In this document: in pieces, positions 8,714 through 16,633 of the stretch
Numbering within the stretch: position 1 is the stretch's first letter
How the letters are laid out: the number at the start of each line of letters is the position of its first letter
From: Trueperaceae bacterium
GTDB taxonomy: Bacteria; Deinococcota; Deinococci; Deinococcales; Trueperaceae
Length of the DNA: 64,000 bases
Direction of reading: 5' to 3'
Assembly (NCBI GenBank): GCA_965213925.1
Contig: OZ243927.1
Span: forward strand, 3,680,001 to 3,744,000
Notes under the pieces: model-generated
Seen by the model: the letters and a program-made list of their open reading frames with translations, nothing else
Told to the model about the DNA's origin: nothing
Database searches by the model: none
Translations under genes and position numbers: made by a program

Positions 8714-9306
8714 TGATCGCCTACCTAGATGGCGTCGTCGCCGAAATCAAAGGCGGCAGCGTCGTGATCCAGTCGGGCGCGTTCGGCCTGGAGGTCTTCG
8801 CGCCCAAGCCCACGCTCATCGTTTGTAAGGTCGGTGTGGCGCTGCGGCTCCACACCTACTTGCTCGTGAAAGAGGATTTGCTCGCGCTCTACGGCTTCCA
8901 CAACAAGGACATGCACACGCTCTTTACCTACCTCATCGGCGTGTCGGGCGTCGGCCCTAAACTCGCATTGGCGATGCTCTCGTCCATGCAAACGACGATT
9001 TTAGCGAGCGCCATTCTGAGCGGCGACGCGGGGCTGCTGTCGTCCGCCCCCGGCGTCGGCAAGCGGATGGCGGAGCGCATCATCTTAGACCTTAAAAACA
9101 AGTTGCCCGAAGAACTCATGGCGTCGTCGGGCGGGGCGCGCCCCACGGTGCTCACCTCGCAGGCGGGCGAAGACGCGGTGGAGGCCTTGCTCGCGCTCGG
9201 TTACCGCGAGTCGCAGGTCAAGGGCGTGGTGGCGGAGCTTGCGCTACAAGACCCCGATTCGGGCGCGGAAACGCTGATTCGCAAGGCGCTCTCGAAGCTG
9301 AGATAG
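8713..9306 (+). CDS. ruvA: Holliday junction branch migration protein RuvA
   Basis: MIAYLDG, LYGF, HhH motifs VSGVGPKLAL and PGVGKRMAERI, C-terminal ALLALGY; TGATG overlap with the upstream gene. Confidence 0.96.
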   Translation: MIAYLDGVVAEIKGGSVVIQSGAFGLEVFAPKPTLIVCKVGVALRLHTYLLVKEDLLALYGFHNKDMHTLFTYLIGVSGVGPKLALAMLSSMQTTILASAILSGDAGLLSSAPGVGKRMAERIILDLKNKLPEELMASSGGARPTVLTSQAGEDAVEALLALGYRESQVKGVVAELALQDPDSGAETLIRKALSKLR

Positions 9307-9458
9307 AAGGTAAGGTGTGACGTAAGACATATCAATATCGGTACAATTTGGCACAAATCGGCGGCGCTTAGCGGGGTGGTAGAGGATACGCCTGATGAGG
9401 TACGGTGGAAATCGGAGGAGCGCAAAGAGGCCGTGAAAGGATGGTTTGACCTCGAGCT

Positions 9459-10013
9459 ATGATTCAACGGTTCTTCACGGTAGAAGACTTTAGTGGAGAG
9501 ACACCTCAAGACATCATCGAACATCTCAGGATTAAAGTCTACAGTCCTGAGATGTTCGGGCGATATGAGCAAGAGGTGTTTCAGACGTTTCCAGAGCCAC
9601 TACAAACCATTCTACTCATCATTGACTTTGATACAGAAGTCGCGATGAACGGTATTCTCGGCTTTCTCGAGAACTCAACAGGTCTCTATTTGGATGAAAC
9701 CATCGAAGCATTTGCAAGAATTGGCGCTCTACAAACGTCTACGATTTTAGCGGAGGTAAAAACGATACTGAAAAATCATCAGACCTCCGCTCAAAACTTA
9801 CGAGATGAAGTCAATCAGATGCCGCTATACTCGATTACGAGTTTTCTCGAAATGCATGGAGAACACAGTAAAGGAATGACGGACGAGATTGGAAAGGTTA
9901 CAGCGAATCTATACGTAGATAGCAACTCCGCATCAGCCGAACCTGTTTACCTTGTGTTCCAAGAGTACGTTGCCAGATGGCGACTTTTCTTAATTCATCA
10001 AGTTAGCAACTAG
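9459..10013 (+). CDS. DUF4375/DMP19-like protein
   Basis: EVAMNGILGFLENSTG...TIEAFARIGA pattern; visibly lower GC than the flanks. Confidence 0.65.
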   Translation: MIQRFFTVEDFSGETPQDIIEHLRIKVYSPEMFGRYEQEVFQTFPEPLQTILLIIDFDTEVAMNGILGFLENSTGLYLDETIEAFARIGALQTSTILAEVKTILKNHQTSAQNLRDEVNQMPLYSITSFLEMHGEHSKGMTDEIGKVTANLYVDSNSASAEPVYLVFQEYVARWRLFLIHQVSN

Positions 10014-10046
10014 TGAATCAAAGTCAGGGTCTAGGTCAATTCAGCC

Positions 10047-10856
10047 TCAACCAAATGCTGTCAAGACCGCCCCACCATCCACCCGGTAGTTCGACCCGTC
10101 CACATACGCCGCAAGGTCCGAGCACAAAAACGCCACCACGTTCGCGACCTCTTGCGGTCTGCCCCGCCGACCCAAGTTGATACCGGGGCGCTTTTCGTCT
10201 AAAAAAGTCTCGACGGCTTCCTCTACGTCCGTATCCATTTTCTCCGCCCGCTGCTCCATCATCGCGTCGGTCATAGGCGTCTTGACGTAGGCGGGCGAAA
10301 CCACATTGACGTGAACGCCGTCGGGTCCATACGCTTTGGACAACCCTTTCGTTAGGTTGATGACGCCCGCTTTGGCGGCGTTGTAGGGCGTCTCTTCGAC
10401 GTAAGGCTGAATGGCGTTCTCCGAAGCGGTCAGAACGATGCGCCCGTAGCCGCGCTCACGCATTCCCGGAATAAAGGCGCGGCAGACGCGCACGGCGCTC
10501 ATGAGGTCCACGTTGAGGGTTTCCATCCAGCCTTCGTCAGTTAGCTCGAGAAAGTCCCCCGCCGCCCCTCGCGTCCCCGCTAAATGCGCGAGAACTGACG
10601 CGCCGCCCTGCTCATCGGCGGCTCGGAGGAGCTTCTTCACGTCGTCCGGGTTCGTGAGGTCAGCGGCGACGTAAGAAACCTCTGCGCCCTGCACCTCTTC
10701 TTTGACTTTGTCCGCGGCATCTTTAAGCTCGTCCTCTTTGATATCGCTGATGAGCACTTTCGCGCCCTCCGCCGCCAAGGTGATAGCCGTGCGCAAACCG
10801 ATACCCGAATCCGCGCCTGTGACTACAGCGAGTCGTCCGTTAAGTGCTAAATCCAT
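10047..10856 (-). CDS. SDR family oxidoreductase
   Basis: VTGADSGIG, YNAAK, NVVSP and VDGG motifs; probable ATG at 10856. Confidence 0.9.
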   Translation of the reverse strand: MDLALNGRLAVVTGADSGIGLRTAITLAAEGAKVLISDIKEDELKDAADKVKEEVQGAEVSYVAADLTNPDDVKKLLRAADEQGGASVLAHLAGTRGAAGDFLELTDEGWMETLNVDLMSAVRVCRAFIPGMRERGYGRIVLTASENAIQPYVEETPYNAAKAGVINLTKGLSKAYGPDGVHVNVVSPAYVKTPMTDAMMEQRAEKMDTDVEEAVETFLDEKRPGINLGRRGRPQEVANVVAFLCSDLAAYVDGSNYRVDGGAVLTAFG

Positions 10857-11029
10857 AATAAAAACTACCTGAGAACGCCGTACTTGACTCGGTGCTACGT
10901 CATAATTTGGTGAAAGAAATAACAAAAAGTGCTGCCCTCGTTTTTTGCTAAGCTCAATGCGTGTTTCAAGGGGCTAGAAGAACCTCAAGGAGCGAAGGTA
11001 GAAGGGCTTTGCCCCGAGGATATCCTTAC

Positions 11030-11345
11030 CTTCAGTGATCCGAATTGTGCCTTTCTCAAAGCCTAGCCCGCCCCGTTTTTGCTTCAGACGGGGAGAGGCG
11101 GCAATTTTTAGGGCGGTTCCGTCATCGCGGATAATGATACGAGGTTGCACGACATAGTTTGCAAACTATGTCGTGCCCATCTATGATGGGACATAAACTC
11201 GGCGCTCCGCTGAAAAGCTCTGACGCTCTCGGTAAAGATAAGTAAACCGTGCAATTCCGTATGACCACGCTTTGACCTTGCGCAACCTTATCCAAAAGCC
11301 CCTCGAGCCGAGTTTTTGCCTCTTTCACAGTTGTTGTCGTAGGTA
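11030..11345 (-). pseudogene. Degraded Phd/YefM-family antitoxin
   Basis: TVKEAKTRLEGLLDKVAQGQSVVIR (Phd N-terminus) with no clean start, then drift; the downstream fragment KRGGLGFEKGTIRI resembles a Phd C-terminus. No toxin gene follows. Confidence 0.5.
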
Positions 11346-11429
11346 TTAGTTTACACGTTCAAATCCAACTTACAGCTCGTGACCACCTTTTTTCTCTTCT
11401 GTCACCCTCTTTGCTCACCCCAAACCTCG

Positions 11430-11520
11430 TCTGTCGACCTGAGCGCAGCCTTGCAACGTCGAAGGGTTTTGCCTGGCACACTCTACCAAAAACGAATGCG
11501 GAGATTCTTCGTTTTGTTCA
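11430..11520. repeat. Degenerate GTC...GAGCGCAG / AGATTCTTCG palindromic repeat
   Basis: TGTCGACCTGAGCGCAGC...CGAAGGGT...GAGATTCTTCGTTTTGTTC; a related copy lies at 35178-35305. Confidence 0.45.
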
Positions 11521-11585
11521 ATCACCGAGCTATGAGCACCCCCAGAGCGAATCGCTGCGAAAGGACTATAGACGAGTCTGGGAAT

Positions 11586-12524
11586 CTAGGGGTTAGGCCG
11601 CACGTCGTAGATGAGGCGAAAGGTGTAGTCACCTGGCTGTTCCGATCCGTCGACCGAGAGCGAGAAGTCGCTCGGCGAGAGGAGCGGCTCGAAGCCGTAG
11701 GTCGGCGACGCGGTGCTGAAACGCCGCCCCTCGGCGCTCTGCCCGGCGAGGTAGAGGCGGTCAGTAAGTGACGCGCTAGCGGGATTAGGCAAGACGTCAT
11801 CTTGTACAACGCTGACGGTGACGGTGTAACCCTGTGGGTTGTTGGTGAAGACCTCGAGCGTGCGGATGTCGCTGCTCGTCGCGCTTAACGGCGTGAGCGT
11901 TTCGGTCGCCCGTAGATACGTCATGACCCCCTTGCCGCTGTAGTCGAACTCGAGCGTCGCGGTCTGCGCGGTGACGAGCGAGCGCTCGACGCGCAGCGAG
12001 GTCGCTGTGGGCACGACCACGCGAACATCGTGGCGCACGGACGAGTTGCCCGCGCGGTACGTCAGCGAGGTCGTGTAACTGCCCGCGACCTCGCCTCCCG
12101 AGAGCTGCGCGCGGTACTCCACGCTTATCTCGGTGCGCTTGTCGCGTCTGGCGATGACCTCTTGCCAAGGCTCGTCCAGCGAGAGCCAAGGCGTAACGTA
12201 CCGGTCGTCCTTTTTCGACGAAAAGGTGAGGCGCGCCTGCAGCTCGGGTGCACCAGCGGGGCGTGAAGACGGCTCGACCCGGAAGGTGTAGCGCTTACTT
12301 TTGTCCACGCGCATACGGATGTTGGGGCTCGAGGGCTCAGGCTCTACGCTGCCGCCGAGCGCCGCCAAGTAGACCTCGCTCGTCGGTGCGAAGGCGACGC
12401 GCCCGGAGGAGCGAAAGCGGAGCCGCTGGGCGTCTGCGGTGCCCAGCAGTCCGAAGAGGCACAAAAGGACTAAGCAGACGCGCCGGGCGCGTCTGCCACA
12501 GTGTCCTCTTGCAGGGGCGATCAT
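11586..12524 (-). CDS. Two-domain secreted pilin-like protein (putative tip/initiator subunit)
   Basis: Signal peptide (ADA-Q). Domain 1 ends GSYTTSLTY. Domain 2 starts HDVRVVVP and ends DGSEQPGDYTFRLIY, both motifs shared with the upstream paralogues. Confidence 0.7.
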   Translation of the reverse strand: MIAPARGHCGRRARRVCLVLLCLFGLLGTADAQRLRFRSSGRVAFAPTSEVYLAALGGSVEPEPSSPNIRMRVDKSKRYTFRVEPSSRPAGAPELQARLTFSSKKDDRYVTPWLSLDEPWQEVIARRDKRTEISVEYRAQLSGGEVAGSYTTSLTYRAGNSSVRHDVRVVVPTATSLRVERSLVTAQTATLEFDYSGKGVMTYLRATETLTPLSATSSDIRTLEVFTNNPQGYTVTVSVVQDDVLPNPASASLTDRLYLAGQSAEGRRFSTASPTYGFEPLLSPSDFSLSVDGSEQPGDYTFRLIYDVRPNP

Positions 12525-13312
12525 GGAACAGAGATCGGCAACTCCGCCACGAGCAGTTCGCCCCGGCTGTCCTGGATGAGCGCCAGCGCGACGTAGAAGC
12601 CCGCTTCGACCTCAGGAGGTAGGGGCAGGAGCAGCTCGCGCTCGCTGTCACGCAGTATCGGCACGCTAGGCACCTCTACACTGTGCTTGACCTCGCCCAT
12701 CTCGTCGCGCAGCTCGACGTGTCCGCCTAAACGCATGAGCGTGTTGCCCGTGTTGGCAATAGCCAGCGTCAAGGACGCTTCGTCTTCCTGCCAGAAGTCC
12801 ACGACTTCGGCGCTGTTACGCTCCGTACCCGCAACCGTGATGTAGACCGTCAAGCCGATGCGGGTCGTTGTCACCACGCCGACGCCCATCAGCGCAGACT
12901 CGGGCGGGACCACGCGGAAAAAGACCATGTCGTGATAGGTGCCCCCTTCGGCGTCCGGCGGAACCGTGACGGAAACGCGCAGGTCGCGGCTCGAATTGGG
13001 TTCCAAAAAGAAGTCCGTGCTCTCCAGACTGATCCAGTTCGCGGCGCTATGCTCCGAGCTGTTCGCAGGCAAGAAGGTGACGTTGCCCGCTAAGTCGAGC
13101 GTCCAGTCGTTCACTTCGGACGTGACCTGGAGCCGCTCCGAGCTATTGGTAATGAGCGTAACGGTCTCGGTGATGGTCTGACCGGGGCTGCCCACAAGCG
13201 TGAGGCGCGGCGGCGAAAGTCCGATGTCGGTCGCTTGCGCGACGAAGGTAGAGGCGAAGACGAGACTCAGTAGGAGCGGGGTTAGGACTCGAGAAAAGCG
13301 TAAGGTGTGCAT
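12521..13312 (-). CDS. Secreted PapD-like/DUF916 (WxLIP)-like chaperone
   Basis: Signal peptide; IGLSPPRL start; SAANWISL...LEPNSSRDLRVSVTVPPDAEGGTY...RIGLTVYITV; second Ig-like domain with NTGNT. Confidence 0.72.
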   Translation of the reverse strand: MHTLRFSRVLTPLLLSLVFASTFVAQATDIGLSPPRLTLVGSPGQTITETVTLITNSSERLQVTSEVNDWTLDLAGNVTFLPANSSEHSAANWISLESTDFFLEPNSSRDLRVSVTVPPDAEGGTYHDMVFFRVVPPESALMGVGVVTTTRIGLTVYITVAGTERNSAEVVDFWQEDEASLTLAIANTGNTLMRLGGHVELRDEMGEVKHSVEVPSVPILRDSERELLLPLPPEVEAGFYVALALIQDSRGELLVAELPISVP

Positions 13313-13316
13313 ACCT

Positions 13317-13970
13317 TTAAGGATAGAAAATTGCATAGGTCACCGTTGTGGAATATTCGCCCGGGTCTTCGTCGCCGTCCACCTTGACGCGGTAGTCCTG
13401 CCCGCTAAAGCCCAGCGTCTGCCAGCCTCTCGTCCCGAATATGCTGAGAGCGACCTCTTGAGGGTCGGTGGAGAGCGCCCACGCACCGCTTATGCGACCC
13501 CACGCTACCGCGCTTTGATTAAGCCCGGAGACCGCGCCGCGCACCACTTGGATGTCCTCCAGGGCAAATCCTGCGCCTTGCGCTGCGCCGCGATACTCGA
13601 GCGGCGACGCTGTGACCTCCACATACCAGAGGGGTAGACCGAAGCCCGTACGGACGGACACCTGCACGTCCGCGAAGTCAGTCACGTTCGAAGCGCCTAT
13701 ATAGCCCGAGCCTTCATAAGCTTCTGTGTAAGCCGCCACGTCCGAGGCGTAGTCGAAATTCACGGCGGGCGAACCCCTCGGGACGTTCGCGTCGTTCACG
13801 ATGCGGATACCGAAGAAGCTCGGTATCCCGACCTTGACGTCGTGCTCAGCAGACTGCGCGGCGGCGCGTGAGAACCCGAGTGCGGCGCAGATGAGCGTAA
13901 GGAAGACCAAAGCTTTGACCAGACCTTGGCGCTCGGTATAGATTTGTCGGCGTTTTATCATCTGAGTCAT
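13317..13970 (-). CDS. Secreted pilin-like subunit (minor)
   Basis: AAA-Q cleavage, HDVKVGIP, TRGWQTLGF, DGDEDPGEYSTTVTY. Confidence 0.75.
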   Translation of the reverse strand: MTQMIKRRQIYTERQGLVKALVFLTLICAALGFSRAAAQSAEHDVKVGIPSFFGIRIVNDANVPRGSPAVNFDYASDVAAYTEAYEGSGYIGASNVTDFADVQVSVRTGFGLPLWYVEVTASPLEYRGAAQGAGFALEDIQVVRGAVSGLNQSAVAWGRISGAWALSTDPQEVALSIFGTRGWQTLGFSGQDYRVKVDGDEDPGEYSTTVTYAIFYP

Positions 13971-14039
13971 CACCTAACCTTGTAAATGCGAACCGCGACG
14001 TAAGCGCCTGCACGTGGGTATGCGGCTCGCTACGCGAAA

Positions 14040-14066
14040 GTAGCCGCCGCGATACGCGGCGGCTAC
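14040..14066. terminator. Intra-operon hairpin after the putative major subunit (partial terminator or mRNA stabiliser)
   Basis: GTAGCCGCCGCG-ATA-CGCGGCGGCTAC, a perfect 12-bp stem. Confidence 0.6.
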
Positions 14067-14082
14067 AGAGCTAAACTCAGGT

Positions 14083-14655
14083 TTAGTTGCTGAAGATGTT
14101 GTAGGTGACTGTGGTGCTGTAGTCGCCCGCGTCCTCGGTGCCGTCGAACGTGACGCGGAAGTTGTCGGGACCGAAGCCGAGGCTTTCCCAACCTCTGGTC
14201 TTAGCGCTGCTCTCAGAGCCGTCGTTGCCGGCGATGAACGGGTCCATCAGATCGAATGAGGCGTTGATATTCGCGCCAGTCGCGCCCTCGATTGTCACTT
14301 GGTCCCAGTCGAAACCTTCGCCGTCGACCGGCTCAGGGCCCGTCTTGTCAGACAGCGTCATCCCGACAAACCAGTTCACGTCGTTCGAGAAGACCTGGAC
14401 GTCATCCCAGTTGTAGCCGCCGTCGGTAGGCGTAGACGCCCCGAAAGATGTACCCGTCTCGAACCGTGTTGCGTCCGTTACGAAGTCGAACAGAACCGCG
14501 TCAGGTGCGCTGACCGGCGCGTTGCCGTCGACGAAGCGGATGCGCAAAACGTTAGGGATTTTGACCTCGACGTCGTGCTTACCCTCTGTCTGAGCGAAAG
14601 AGACACCTGAGCTGAGGACGGCTGCTGCTGCGAGTAAACCTAAAACCTTTTTCAT
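14083..14655 (-). CDS. Secreted pilin-like subunit (putative major), 190 aa
   Basis: GGGAGGA RBS, MKK signal peptide with SFA-Q cleavage, HDVEVKIPNVLRIRF, TRGWESLGF, DGTEDAGDYSTTVTY. Confidence 0.8.
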   Translation of the reverse strand: MKKVLGLLAAAAVLSSGVSFAQTEGKHDVEVKIPNVLRIRFVDGNAPVSAPDAVLFDFVTDATRFETGTSFGASTPTDGGYNWDDVQVFSNDVNWFVGMTLSDKTGPEPVDGEGFDWDQVTIEGATGANINASFDLMDPFIAGNDGSESSAKTRGWESLGFGPDNFRVTFDGTEDAGDYSTTVTYNIFSN

Positions 14656-14675
14656 GACATTCCTCCCGGAATAAC

Positions 14676-14748
14676 TTCGGCCGGTTGCGCTACTAGCTCC
14701 ATCTTGCCCAAGCGCCCAAATACGGGTCAAGACTTCATCGCGTCCGAA
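14676..14748 (-). promoter_or_regulatory. c-di-GMP-II riboswitch aptamer (copy 1)
   Basis: TTCGGACGCGATGAAGTCTTGACCCGTATTTGGGCGCTTGGGCAAGATGGAGCTAGTAGCGCAACCGGCCGAA: P1, GA/GA kink-turn, TGGGC loop, GCGCT/AGCGC pseudoknot and GCAACCG pocket. A TATACT -10 lies at 14804-14809. Confidence 0.9.
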
Positions 14749-15115
14749 AGGAACCCTCCGCGTGGGTGAATTTGGGGTGGCGGAGGTGCGTTCAACTAAA
14801 ATTAGTATACGGATTCGCTCTTACAAAATTCTGACGAGAAAGCGGCTCAGGGACGTTAAAAATCCCACTAAGTTTGCACGAGATAAACTCGCTCAAAACT
14901 GTAAAAACATCACGAAGCTTTGCCGCGCCAAAAGCAACCTAATCTTGAAGATATAGCGTCCTAAATAACCCGCAAGGCTCTACGCGCCTCACTTATATAT
15001 TGTGGGAGGTTCGCCGCAGTTACCGAAGAGGTAGACGAAGAGGTTGTGCGTTGAAAAGAGATTGAGCTTTAAGCTGCTCGAGCTTCTCGCCGAAACTTCA
15101 AGCGGACGTCATAAC

Positions 15116-15586
15116 TTAAGGGCGCGTCACCGTATACGTCACTGTGCCTTGATAGCGCCCATCCGCCGGCAAGCTCTGGAGACCGTAGCGCAGGTCGAAG
15201 TTCTTCCAGCCGCCCGTGTTCTCGCCGCTCTCGATAATCTGCGGATAGGCGGTGAAGCGCTCCCAGTTCCCCTCGGCTTCGGCTCGCCACATAAGCTGCG
15301 CCGCCGCGTCCGCCTCGCTCGCCGGGACGTAGCTCGCGGAGAGCTGCCACGCGCTATTGGCCATGACCTGAACGTTGCTGCCCGCGGGCGCAATTTCGAA
15401 CGCGCCGTTCGACACGCGGATGTCGACATCGACGTTCGCCTTATCTTGCGCGACCTTGTCGTCAATTTTGAGCCTGAGAACGTTGGGAATACCGACGCTT
15501 ACGTCGTGGCTTGCGCTCTTCTGCGCCGCTGCAATGTTGAGCGAACCTAAACTTACGAGAAAAAACAAAACGAAACCTTTACGCAT
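15116..15586 (-). CDS. Secreted pilin-like subunit (short paralogue), 156 aa
   Basis: AAA-Q cleavage, HDVSVGIPNVLRLKI, ANSAWQLSA, TGGWKNF, GRYQGTVTY. Confidence 0.78.
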   Translation of the reverse strand: MRKGFVLFFLVSLGSLNIAAAQKSASHDVSVGIPNVLRLKIDDKVAQDKANVDVDIRVSNGAFEIAPAGSNVQVMANSAWQLSASYVPASEADAAAQLMWRAEAEGNWERFTAYPQIIESGENTGGWKNFDLRYGLQSLPADGRYQGTVTYTVTRP

Positions 15587-15629
15587 CCAAACCACCCTTT
15601 CGTGGAATGGATGCAACCACCTTGTAGAG

Positions 15630-15705
15630 CAGGTATCATCTGGTTATAAACGCCCTCTTTCGAGGAAGCGCTGCTCGAGCACGCACATTCAAAGATGAAG
15701 TCCCG
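15630..15705 (+). repeat. MITE-like repeat copy in the pilin-gene leader
   Basis: CAGGTATCATCTGGT...AGCACGCACATTCAAAGATGAAGTCCCG. Confidence 0.7.
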
Positions 15706-15768
15706 CTAGCTCTTCGAGCTGAGACTTGCGTGGTTCAAGCTCAGTAACGATAAAACCGATAGCTCCAT

Positions 15769-15844
15769 GTTCGGCCGGTTGCATCACTGGCTCCCCGAGT
15801 CCCATGATGCCCAGATAGGGAAGATCGGTTCATCGCCTCCGAAC
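15769..15844 (-). promoter_or_regulatory. c-di-GMP-II riboswitch aptamer (copy 2)
   Basis: GTTCGGAGGCGATGAACCGATCTTCCCTATCTGGGCATCATGGGACTCGGGGAGCCAGTGATGCAACCGGCCGAAC; the pseudoknot covaries (GCATCA/TGATGC). Confidence 0.87.
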
Positions 15845-16010
15845 GCCATAAAAAACGCTCGACCAGGGGCACTTAGCCCGGCTGCTCGAGTGAGGTTCGC
15901 ATTTGGAGGGTAGCTTAGAGGCTACGCTCTGTTTTAGGTATTCGCAGTCGCGGTGCCGAGAGAACTCTCGAGACCGGGTGAAACCTGCTCAACAAGCGAG
16001 TTATTCACCC

Positions 16011-16080
16011 TCGGCCGGGTGCGCTACTAGCTCAGCTTGTTCCAAGCGCCCAGATACAGAACAAGCGTCGTCGCTTCCGA
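16011..16080 (-). promoter_or_regulatory. c-di-GMP-II-like riboswitch aptamer (copy 3, variant GCACCCG)
   Basis: TCGGAAGCGACGACGCTTGTTCTGTATCTGGGCGCTTGGAACAAGCTGAGCTAGTAGCGCACCCGGCCGA; a TACACT -10 lies at 16111-16116. Confidence 0.82.
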
Positions 16081-16484
16081 AGTTGTTCAGGTTGCCCTGA
16101 ACTTGTATAGAGTGTAGCGTGACTTAGGCGTAGAGGATGTGCATCCGTCACATCAGGCGCGAGTCCGTTTTTTAGTTAGCGCAAGAGGGTTTGAGAGAAG
16201 TCTTGGATGAGAGGGTATCACCCTAAACCGTTAAGCGAAGGGGCTCGTTTTTTATCCTCGCCCGGACCAAGGAAACAAAAGTGGAGATTCTTTTGCGGCC
16301 CAGTTTATTCAGAAGGGCAGCAGGAGGATACCGGTGATTCGCCCTTTCCTCTTGCATCAACACGCCTAGCGTCCACACCCGCACCTATGGTATGCTTTTA
16401 CGTCTTATCGGCGCATGGCGCTTTAGCGTTTTAGCCCTGAAGTCGCGCCCTTTAACTCGCATTCATTCCACCGGAGGAATCAAG

Positions 16485-16628
16485 ATGAAAAGAACCTATC
16501 AGCCCAACAAGCGCAAGCGTGCCAAGACGCACGGTTTTCGCGCCCGCATGAAGACCTCGACCGGACGCAACATCATCAAGCGCCGCCGCGCGAAGGGCCG
16601 CACGAAGCTCTCCGTCTCTGACGAGTAA
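16485..16628 (+). CDS. rpmH: 50S ribosomal protein L34
   Basis: [30 protein letters not shown]. Confidence 0.98.
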   Translation: MKRTYQPNKRKRAKTHGFRARMKTSTGRNIIKRRRAKGRTKLSVSDE

Positions 16629-16633
16629 GCGCT

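Noticed and set aside
14656..14730. N-terminal extension of the major subunit in the ORF track
   Set aside because: It runs through the riboswitch; the SD and signal peptide place the start at 14655.
16200..16480. Possible oriC/dnaA upstream of rpmH
   Set aside because: No dnaA gene and no cluster of TTATCCACA boxes is seen.
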